35,391 nucleotides of DNA, from positions 1 to 35,391 of the IMG/VR virus record IMGVR_UViG_3300008255_000278. One strand, written 5' to 3'. The notes below the pieces were generated by a model. It saw only the letters and a program-made list of their open reading frames with translations, did no database searches and was not told the DNA's origin. Source of the stretch: a virus (Duplodnaviria; Caudoviricetes). Positions 24,667 through 32,863 of this stretch are shown piece by piece; positions within the stretch are counted from its first letter, which is position 1, and the number at the start of each line of letters is the position of its first letter. The position numbers and the translations under genes were made by a program.

Positions 24667-26382
24667 ATTATAATCTTTAACAGAATTTCGTACAAAAACT
24701 TCCTTAGCACAGGAAATACACCAATTGAGATCCAACTCGACGCGTGTCCCACGACACTGATTGTTGGTGGTAATGGTGAAGGCAAATCTATATTGCTGGA
24801 TGCGTTATCGTTTGTGTTGTTCGGTAAACCTCATCGTAACATCAACAAGCCCCAGCTTTTGAATAGTGTTAATGAAAAGGATTGCTTGGTTGAAATCTAT
24901 TTTACTATAGGTACAATTGAATACTCTATCCGCCGGGGCATTAAGCCCAACATTTTTGAGATTTACAAAGATGGCGAGATGATTAACCAGCAATCACATT
25001 CCCGCGATTATCAGAAGGTTCTTGAGAGCAATATTCTCAAGATGAATCACCGGTCATTCCATCAGATTGTGGTGCTGGGATCCTCATCATTTATTCCTTT
25101 CATGCAGCTTCAGTCGTACCACCGCCGCATGCTGATCGAAGACCTATTAGATATTAGCATATTCTCAAAGATGAATCTAGTTCTACGTGAGAAGAAGAAT
25201 GCTTTAAAGGATGCCCTTGCATTCGCTGAAGAGGACATTCGTCGATTCGCTGCTCAGATTGAATTGCAGAAGAAACATATCGAGGAACTTGATGCAGTTA
25301 CAGCCAATGCTCGTGTTAGGATTGAAACTGAAATTGCAGATATTGATGCTGACATCAATGATCTAACTAAGAAAATAAACGAGTCGCTAAAGACGGTGAA
25401 AGGCCTTAACGATATTGATATCCAAGAAGCATCAGCCCAATTGGACATGTCTAGGACTTACGAAACCGGTATTCAGAATAAGCTTCGCAGGCTGTCAACT
25501 CAGCAAAGCTTCTTTATAGATCACGATGAATGCCCATCCTGCTCGCAAACAATTGCTGAAGACACCAAGCAAACGATGATCGCTGCTTTGACTAAAAGGC
25601 TTGATGAATTGAAGGTTGGATTTGCCGCCCTTCGAAAGCAGACTGCGATATTTGAAGCAACATACCAATCAGCCTTAGATATCCAATCACAGCGCAATCA
25701 GATTCATTCAGAGATTGCTTATAACCAGCGTCTAATTACTTCAAAGAATAAGGATAAGCTTGCGAAGTGTGATGCTATCTGCGCTGTGCATGATTCAGGC
25801 CAGGTTGCCCAATCGAAGGACTATTTGGTTGAGTTGTTGAAGCTGTCTCAAACAAAGATTGACGAACGGATGACTTTGCTTGAGCAGGGTTCTTATCATG
25901 GGATCTGTGAAGAGTTGCTTAAGGATACGGGCATCAAGACTAAGATCATCCGCCAATATCTCCCGGTAATGAATAAATTGATCAACGAGTATCTGCAAAT
26001 ATTCGATTTCTTTGTGTCCTTTACAATTGATGAGAACTTTAATGAGAAGATCAAATCCCACCATCGCGATGATTTTTCATATGCTTCGTTTTCCGAAGGT
26101 GAGAAAGCCCGTATTGATCTAGCTTTAATGTTCACGTGGAGAAGGATTGCTAAGCTGAAGAATAGCACGGATTCGAATCTATTGATTCTCGATGAAATCA
26201 TGGATGCATCTTTGGATGAACCCGGCCTCAATGCTTTGAAGACAGTCTTTGACACTTTGGAGAAGGATAGTAACATTTTCGTTATATCTCACCGTGGCGA
26301 AGTTAAGGAATCTTCAGATTTTGATCGAATGATTAAAGTATACAAGAAGGACTTATTTACTCAGATCGCAGTGGAGGTCTAG
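24667..26382 (+). CDS. 46: Recombination ATPase gp46 (Rad50/SbcC-like), apparent ATT start
   Basis: IIIFNRISYKNFLSTGN...GGNGEGKS lies upstream of the track's start; zinc hook CPSC, FSEGE, LILDE, ISH. Confidence 0.93.
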   Translation: MIIFNRISYKNFLSTGNTPIEIQLDACPTTLIVGGNGEGKSILLDALSFVLFGKPHRNINKPQLLNSVNEKDCLVEIYFTIGTIEYSIRRGIKPNIFEIYKDGEMINQQSHSRDYQKVLESNILKMNHRSFHQIVVLGSSSFIPFMQLQSYHRRMLIEDLLDISIFSKMNLVLREKKNALKDALAFAEEDIRRFAAQIELQKKHIEELDAVTANARVRIETEIADIDADINDLTKKINESLKTVKGLNDIDIQEASAQLDMSRTYETGIQNKLRRLSTQQSFFIDHDECPSCSQTIAEDTKQTMIAALTKRLDELKVGFAALRKQTAIFEATYQSALDIQSQRNQIHSEIAYNQRLITSKNKDKLAKCDAICAVHDSGQVAQSKDYLVELLKLSQTKIDERMTLLEQGSYHGICEELLKDTGIKTKIIRQYLPVMNKLINEYLQIFDFFVSFTIDENFNEKIKSHHRDDFSYASFSEGEKARIDLALMFTWRRIAKLKNSTDSNLLILDEIMDASLDEPGLNALKTVFDTLEKDSNIFVISHRGEVKESSDFDRMIKVYKKDLFTQIAVEV

Positions 26383-26387
26383 AATCC

Positions 26388-26395
26388 TATAAATA
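26388..26395 (+). promoter_or_regulatory. Late promoter
   Basis: TATAAATA upstream of the internal-protein block. Confidence 0.75.
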
Positions 26396-26426
26396 TAGAT
26401 ACAATCTATTATTTGGAGATTACAAT

Positions 26427-27800
26427 ATGCTCGATTTTCTATCTTTTCTTTTCGAAAGTGTCGGTCTAAGCGCCGCTGAACTTCTAAAGGCTAATTCGAA
26501 AACTGGTGAACCTCGAATTGATATTCTGCGCTATCTGATTAAGTCAAAAACACCAATTGAGCTTAAGAAGGGCGGTACAGTTACTGTTACCGATATCTCT
26601 TCAGCATTAAATGCATTGGATAAATTTGAAGATAAGCCAACAAACCTTGTATTCAAAACAGAAGTTGGTGATGTTCCTCTTTCCCAGTTAGCTAAGTCTG
26701 CAATCTTTGGTGGCGGCTCTGGCGGCGCCGGTGGCGGATCAGATCAAACCCGTGTTACTGAATCTGCTCAGTGCCTTTGGTGCGCTGCGATGCTAGAGTC
26801 TGGTAATCCTAATACTGAATTTGAATACTTCACAGATAGCGTTCTAAAAGCTGCCGCGAAACATATATCGGTAGATGCGAAGATGGAAGAGATGCTTAAT
26901 ATTCCCGATCAGTGGAAGCACAGCGCTCACATTACAGCTCAGCTTCTTCTTGCAGAAAATTACATTAGCAAGGGTATGACGTTCCATCGGGGTGATCGAG
27001 GAATGAAATCCATTTACGACGCGAAGAATGATGCTTATAAGAATCAGGGCTTGGCGATAATGAAGGATGATAAGTGGAATCCCGGAGATATATGGGCGAT
27101 GTCGCCAGGATTCGATATCAAGTCTATACCTACAGATTCAGTAGTAGCTCTTCAACGAGCAATTCTCGATCTGTTCGTCAAACGCGAACTAGTTGGAATT
27201 TCATTGAAACTTGTTAAGAAGAATCCAAAGACTAAAGAGTACAACGTCAAACTTCCTCCTGATACTGATGACTATAAGATTAAAGCCTTCGGTGCAAAAG
27301 CGTTGACATCCGGCCGCGGTGATTTTTGGTCATCTAAGGGCGGTGAGATCATCTATGACGCTGGTAAGTTATCAATTAAAGACGGATCTAATTTTGGTCG
27401 AATAAAGGTTGAGATCATGGGCAAAACTGCCCGCGGCGGTGGTGCTGGTTGGGGTTATATCGCTATTGCTCTAGAGCAAGCGTTTAAGAAAGCTTCAAAA
27501 CTTCCTGGTGCTAAAGTAATCGCAGCCATAGCTCGAAAGATTGAACGCGGTGATAAGAAGGCTATTGAGGAAATGTACAAAGTTGTTAACCTCGTTGAGC
27601 CGATGCCTTACGCACTCTTTGCTAGCAAGATCAAAGAGCAAGAAGGTCATTGGATCCACGCTAAGTATGGAGTATGTTTGCTTCTAGCGCCGATTGCTAA
27701 AATTGGAGGCCTTGCCGCAAATCGATTTATTACTAAGATCATCAACTACGCTGCTAGCAGTACTGAAGACTCCTCAGCCTTTGTAAAGGTTTATCAATAA
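26427..27800 (+). CDS. Hypothetical protein, possible PD-(D/E)xK-like fold, capsid-targeting-like N-terminus
   Basis: TES.QC, DKWNPGDIW, LVGISLK motifs; MLDFLSFLFE. Confidence 0.6.
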   Translation: MLDFLSFLFESVGLSAAELLKANSKTGEPRIDILRYLIKSKTPIELKKGGTVTVTDISSALNALDKFEDKPTNLVFKTEVGDVPLSQLAKSAIFGGGSGGAGGGSDQTRVTESAQCLWCAAMLESGNPNTEFEYFTDSVLKAAAKHISVDAKMEEMLNIPDQWKHSAHITAQLLLAENYISKGMTFHRGDRGMKSIYDAKNDAYKNQGLAIMKDDKWNPGDIWAMSPGFDIKSIPTDSVVALQRAILDLFVKRELVGISLKLVKKNPKTKEYNVKLPPDTDDYKIKAFGAKALTSGRGDFWSSKGGEIIYDAGKLSIKDGSNFGRIKVEIMGKTARGGGAGWGYIAIALEQAFKKASKLPGAKVIAAIARKIERGDKKAIEEMYKVVNLVEPMPYALFASKIKEQEGHWIHAKYGVCLLLAPIAKIGGLAANRFITKIINYAASSTEDSSAFVKVYQ

Positions 27801-27808
27801 GGAATACT

Positions 27809-29047
27809 ATGAAATCATTTATGAACTATGTAATTGAGGCCTATGGCTCAAGTAAAAACACCCACATGACACATATCGAGGACGCTGTCATATATGGAGG
27901 TGTCAATGGCGCTAGAAGCGCTATCAATGCTCTCCGCTCGATGCGCGATATGCTTCAGGGGAATGCGCCAAAGGCATTTGATACTACTGTTAAGTGGGAT
28001 GGGGCTCCTGCAATATTCGTCGGCCCCGATCCGATTGACGGCCAATTCTTTATTGCGAAGAAGGGCATATTCGCAAAGAATCCTAAGGTCTATAAATCGA
28101 TTGCAGATATTAAAGCCGATACTTCTGGTGATCTAGCCGACAAGCTGATTGCTGCTTTTGATGAACTTAAGGACATTGGGATCAAGACAATCATCCAAGG
28201 CGATCTGATGTTTACGAAGGGTGATCTTAAGAAAGAAACAATAGATGGCGAATCATATGTGACGTTTGGACCGAATACGATTATCTATGCTGTACCTGTT
28301 GGGTCTGATCTTGAAAAGAAGATTAGTAAGGCTAAGGTTGGAGTGGTATTCCATACAACATACACTGGTAGCACATTTGAGAATATGACTGCTTCTTATG
28401 GTGCTAATCTATCGGGGCTTAAATCTAAATCGAGCTTATGGATCCAAGATGCTTCATATAAGGATCAGGCTGGTAAGGTTACTTTTGATGCTCAGGATAC
28501 TGCAATCGTTGGTGAAGCTCTAACCCGCGCAGGCAAAATCTTCAATCAGATTTCTAGTAGTGTACTTAAGGAAATTGAAAACAACCCAGCGTTTGCTCAA
28601 AAGCTTGAGCAATTCAATAACACCTTGACTCGCCGCGGCGAAAGCATCACTAACACAACTAAGCATGTTGAGGATTTGATTGCATGGTTTACTGATACTT
28701 TCGCAAAGGAACGGGAAAAGAGAAAATCTGTTGCTGGTAAAGCCTCGGTGTCAAAGCAAGAAGAAGAGGTGATGGCTTTCTTTTCAGACGAGAACAAACG
28801 CAATCTGGCTCTGATATACGATTTGCAGAACGCCATTGTTGATGCTAAATTAAAGATCATAGAGAAGCTCAATACCATTAAGCAGACATCGACGTTTGTT
28901 CGTACGAAGAGTGGTTTTAAAGTTACGAATCCTGAAGGGTATGTGGCCATTGACCATACCACTAATGGTGCTGTGAAGCTCGTTGACCGTCTAACGTTCT
29001 CATTTAATAATTTTGATCCTAACACAATCAAGTCTTGGATGACTTAG
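27809..29047 (+). CDS. DUF6267-like protein with ligase/nucleotidyltransferase motifs
   Basis: KNTHMTHIED, KWDG, QGDLMF, EGYV, KLV.R..FS; MKSFMNYVIE. Confidence 0.7.
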   Translation: MKSFMNYVIEAYGSSKNTHMTHIEDAVIYGGVNGARSAINALRSMRDMLQGNAPKAFDTTVKWDGAPAIFVGPDPIDGQFFIAKKGIFAKNPKVYKSIADIKADTSGDLADKLIAAFDELKDIGIKTIIQGDLMFTKGDLKKETIDGESYVTFGPNTIIYAVPVGSDLEKKISKAKVGVVFHTTYTGSTFENMTASYGANLSGLKSKSSLWIQDASYKDQAGKVTFDAQDTAIVGEALTRAGKIFNQISSSVLKEIENNPAFAQKLEQFNNTLTRRGESITNTTKHVEDLIAWFTDTFAKEREKRKSVAGKASVSKQEEEVMAFFSDENKRNLALIYDLQNAIVDAKLKIIEKLNTIKQTSTFVRTKSGFKVTNPEGYVAIDHTTNGAVKLVDRLTFSFNNFDPNTIKSWMT

Positions 29048-29064
29048 GATGTAAAGTTGTTTTA

Positions 29065-29072
29065 TATAAATA
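29065..29072 (+). promoter_or_regulatory. Late promoter
   Basis: TATAAATA with 5 nt before ATG 29078. Confidence 0.7.
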
Positions 29073-29077
29073 ACTTT

Positions 29078-29593
29078 ATGGCAACATCATATTAAATTTG
29101 CTGGATGCATAAACCTGAGTACACCGATATGCTAAGCCAAGGGTACAATCCACAGACTTTAGAATCAAGGATAATAGCTACAGCTGTTTCTGATATTCCA
29201 GTTGGATGGCAACGCGGAATGAAACCGAAATACGTTAGGCCAAAAGAATCATACTCTGAATTAGAAGGTAACACTCGTAAGTGGAAGGTTCTAAAAGATG
29301 GAGTTGAAATATGGCGGGGTGAAAATCTCTCTGCTTGGGCTAAGTTAAATGGGGTCGTTGGGTTAAAGTACAATACCCGTAGGTTTAAGCATGCTATCAA
29401 GATGCAGATTCCTATAGTGTATTCAGATACGAAGACAGTTGTCTTAGACAGCATAGATACCGGTCTGTGCCAAGTAGATTTCTGTTATAAATACGAATAT
29501 ACTCCTAGTTTTATAAGTACAGTTGTAAAGCGCGGATGTATTAACCAACGAATTGTTAGCATATATAGCGCAGAACAGATTACGACTAAATAG
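29078..29593 (+). pseudogene. Degenerate GIY-YIG homing endonuclease remnant
   Basis: MATSY*ICWMHKPEYTDMLSQGY resembles the YWIH.PEHTD...QGYIG start of GIY-YIG enzymes; in-frame TAA at 29093; catalytic part missing; IPVGWQRG motif retained. Confidence 0.55.
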
Positions 29594-30007
29594 ATGCACT
29601 CATTCAAAACATATTTGCTAGAGGTTAAAACTATATTTGACTATCTTCTCTTCCCGCCTGAAGGCGAAGGGTTGGAGATTGCAAATAAGATAGCAAAGAT
29701 GAAGACATCTTCAAAGTATGTTTATAGAGGAATGTCCCTACGCGAATATAAGGCTTTACAGAGAGATAAGATAATTCGTTCAAGGGGTGTAGGCAATACT
29801 AGAGACATTACTGGATCGTACGTTTCAGAATCATTGCAACTCGCTGGGCGCTTTGCCTTCCGCGCGTGGCTAGATGGTTTGAAAGGTGTGCTAGTTACAT
29901 TTGATAGAGCTAAATTGCCGAAACTGCATCCGGCCGACAAAGGGAATTACTGGGTATACCACTTATCAGTTGACGCTGTAGTGGCTGCTTACGTTCTAGG
30001 AAGTTAA
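29594..30007 (+). CDS. Small ADP-ribosyltransferase-fold-like protein
   Basis: YVYRGMS, SYVSES..LA.RFA, GVLVTFD; MHSFKTYLLE. Confidence 0.5.
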   Translation: MHSFKTYLLEVKTIFDYLLFPPEGEGLEIANKIAKMKTSSKYVYRGMSLREYKALQRDKIIRSRGVGNTRDITGSYVSESLQLAGRFAFRAWLDGLKGVLVTFDRAKLPKLHPADKGNYWVYHLSVDAVVAAYVLGS

Positions 30008-30008
30008 T

Positions 30009-30821
30009 ATGAAATCATTTACGCAGTTTAAAGAAGAGACTACTAAGTTAGTCACTATTACCTTTGGACGGTTTTCGCCACCTACGATAGGGCATTTGAA
30101 GCTGATTGATAAGGTAGCGTCTTTAGCTCGGGGTAAAGACTTTTTCATTTATGCTTCTCAGAGCGAAGATCCTAAGAAGAATCCATTACCGTACAAAGAC
30201 AAAGTTAAGTACATGCAGAAGATGTTTCCAAAGTATGCTAAGCGTATAGTGTATGACAAGGATATTAAAACACCAATAGATGCTCTTCAAGCTCTATCAG
30301 CTGCTGGGTATACCCGTGTTCAAATTGTTGTTGGATCAGATCGTCTAAAGAGTTTTGAATTTGTTCATAAGTATAATGGAGTCAAAACAGATACTGGCAT
30401 TTACACATTTGTTGATGGCATTGAAATTCTATCAGCCGGCGAACGCGATCCCGATGCTGATGATGTAGTTAGCGCAATGTCAGCTTCGAAATTACGTGCT
30501 GCAGCTGCTGATGGCGATATTGATTTGTTTTCAACAGGAATGCCCGATCGTTTTAGTGATACACTAAAGCTATTTAATGACATTCGAAAAGGCATGAATA
30601 TGAAGCCCATTACAGCGTTTCGTGAAAGTGTCATATTGCCAAAGCAGTCCAACGTTCGAGAGCAGTATCTTAACAACGAAATTCTTAGGGTTGGATCTTT
30701 AGCGTGCAGTCTTAAAGATAATAGTGTGATCATTATTAGGGAACGCAAGACTAATTTTGTTATAGACTATGCTGGGAAGAAGCACTTTATTCAGGATTTG
30801 GTTCCGACTACACAGGAATAA
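30009..30821 (+). CDS. HIGH-superfamily nucleotidyltransferase (cytidylyltransferase-like)
   Basis: TFGRFSPPTIGHLKL, KNPL, VVGSDR, SAGERDPD, MSASKLR; MKSFTQFKEE. Confidence 0.88.
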   Translation: MKSFTQFKEETTKLVTITFGRFSPPTIGHLKLIDKVASLARGKDFFIYASQSEDPKKNPLPYKDKVKYMQKMFPKYAKRIVYDKDIKTPIDALQALSAAGYTRVQIVVGSDRLKSFEFVHKYNGVKTDTGIYTFVDGIEILSAGERDPDADDVVSAMSASKLRAAAADGDIDLFSTGMPDRFSDTLKLFNDIRKGMNMKPITAFRESVILPKQSNVREQYLNNEILRVGSLACSLKDNSVIIIRERKTNFVIDYAGKKHFIQDLVPTTQE

Positions 30822-30832
30822 ATATATTTGTT

Positions 30833-32863
30833 ATGAGTGGTGAAGGCAGTATTAATTATTGGGCGGCGTACGATAGTGTTAACGTGGCAGTGTTATCTTG
30901 GCACGCATCAATGCCAAGATTTATGATTAGCACCTTTGAGGCGCTTCCGTTTCGTAATAAATCCTTCATTACAACCAACGCTGTTAAATCTGCATCGCTT
31001 TATGATGAAGCTTTAATGAGGTTATCGACATCTTACTGTTTGCCAACTGACAATGCTGTTATTTCTCACATTATTAAGGAGAAGTTAACGTATATTATAG
31101 TTTGGAATGGTAGCCTTAACGATCCAACTAAAGGCAATCAGATTGATCTTATTCGTAGAATCAAATCTGAAACCACCGCCAATGTATTGTATATGGAACA
31201 CGCGTGGTTGCCTCAAAGCGAAAACGTTGTTATTGACACCAAAGGTACATGCGGAGCATCTTCAATAGTTTCCATGAAAACTGTTCCTGAATCGGTTGAA
31301 TACCGCGATGCTCTTACTGCAAAACGGACGTGGTATCGAAAGCAGTGCGTTCCAATACGAAATGTAAAAGGCACATTCATTTATCTGCCACTACAGCTCA
31401 ATAGCGATACACAGATAACTTTATTTTCTCCTCACTTTAAAGATATGGGGATATTCATAGAGCATACATGTACGCTATTTCATGAACACCAAATTCTTGT
31501 TAAGTGCCATCCAAAAGACACACCTTCTAACATTACTAGATACGAAGAAATTTGCGGCCGCTTTTCTAATGTCATATTTGTCAATGATAAGAATAATATA
31601 AGTTATTGTGCACAGGCGAAAGCTGTAATAGCTATTAATTCAACAGCTATTAACGAAGCTCTAATGTTTCATAAACCCGTAATGGCTTTTGGATATAACA
31701 TTTTTTCAAATAAGGGTATTGTTTATGAAGTTAATGACATTGGTGATATAAAATACCAGCGCGGATTCCTAAAGTTTAAACCTAATGGTAATTTAGTTGA
31801 TCGATACCTTCGCTATCTTTTGTCACGCCAAATAACTGTCACAAGCCCAGAAATCGAAAAGGTAATTCCTTTATTCACCACTCAGTCTGAAGTGCCTATC
31901 AATCTGCTTCCATCGGTCGAACCCAGTTCAGCATCTAGACCAATCATTAATCTTGTTATGCACGGCCCCTGTGAATGGGCCTTTGAATCATTTGCTAATC
32001 ACATTATTACTCACCTCGCTTCCCGCCATAATATCATTATAAGCGAATACCCAATTGAAGGGGCTAGTGTATACCAATATTTTAGACCGCAAATCCCAAA
32101 AGCCATTAACAACTTACAAAGTCTTTCTTCTCGTCATCCTTTTTATAGCAGAGGTATCCATATGCTGCATGACAGCCCTGCGGATTTGCAACGTCATAAT
32201 ACAACATGGCGTAAAGCAAATATTGATAAGTTCGCAAAGATTCTATGTTTATCTCAGGAACAGCATAACCACTATTCTAAGTTTATACCTGCGAGTAAAT
32301 TAGTCTACGCATCCCCAGGCCCGTTGAAACAAGAAACGTTCCCAGTTATAACTGAGCATAACCAATGTGGTAAATTACGATTGGGATTTACTAGTAGGAT
32401 TTATCCTGATGGTGTCAAAGGCGTTGATTTATATCTGGGCATAGCGATGTTGCTTGATCCAACTAAATTTGAATTCGTTGTGAAATCACCAAATGCACAA
32501 AGGCTTGTACCAATACTTCAAAGAGGTGGCCATACTGTTCACACATCGGGGAATATTGATATACTGTTAGTTACCTCCCGCTTTGAAGGTTTACCATCCA
32601 CATTACTTGAAGCAGTCGCGTCGGGTGTTTATACGCTGTCAACTAAAGTTGGTGTGGCTCCGGAGATACTGCCTTCAGATATGATACTTCCTACTTCGCC
32701 AAAACTTTGGGCTGAGCACCTTAACGGTGTGTATAACCAGCGAAATAAATTGAAAACCTTTATAGATGATTCTAAGCATCTTCTCAATTTCCACAACTGG
32801 GATGTATACTGCGCCATATTGGAAAGAACTTGGCGCGACATTATGATAAGTAACCAATCATGA
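30833..32863 (+). CDS. Two-domain glycosyltransferase: KpsS/capsule-synthesis-like plus GT4-like
   Basis: LPLQ..SD.QI, VKCHP, INST...EAL...KPV; C-terminal SRFEGLP..LLEA.ASG......VG. Confidence 0.78.
   Translation: MSGEGSINYWAAYDSVNVAVLSWHASMPRFMISTFEALPFRNKSFITTNAVKSASLYDEALMRLSTSYCLPTDNAVISHIIKEKLTYIIVWNGSLNDPTKGNQIDLIRRIKSETTANVLYMEHAWLPQSENVVIDTKGTCGASSIVSMKTVPESVEYRDALTAKRTWYRKQCVPIRNVKGTFIYLPLQLNSDTQITLFSPHFKDMGIFIEHTCTLFHEHQILVKCHPKDTPSNITRYEEICGRFSNVIFVNDKNNISYCAQAKAVIAINSTAINEALMFHKPVMAFGYNIFSNKGIVYEVNDIGDIKYQRGFLKFKPNGNLVDRYLRYLLSRQITVTSPEIEKVIPLFTTQSEVPINLLPSVEPSSASRPIINLVMHGPCEWAFESFANHIITHLASRHNIIISEYPIEGASVYQYFRPQIPKAINNLQSLSSRHPFYSRGIHMLHDSPADLQRHNTTWRKANIDKFAKILCLSQEQHNHYSKFIPASKLVYASPGPLKQETFPVITEHNQCGKLRLGFTSRIYPDGVKGVDLYLGIAMLLDPTKFEFVVKSPNAQRLVPILQRGGHTVHTSGNIDILLVTSRFEGLPSTLLEAVASGVYTLSTKVGVAPEILPSDMILPTSPKLWAEHLNGVYNQRNKLKTFIDDSKHLLNFHNWDVYCAILERTWRDIMISNQS

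Noticed and set aside
29078-29107. Stop-codon reassignment suggested by the in-frame TAA
   Set aside because: TAA, TAG and TGA all terminate conserved core genes at expected positions, and no suppressor tRNA is visible in the window.
29486-29493. TATAAATA within the endonuclease remnant
   Set aside because: Could serve the 29594 gene but may be chance in AT-rich coding sequence; not enough support to list as a feature.
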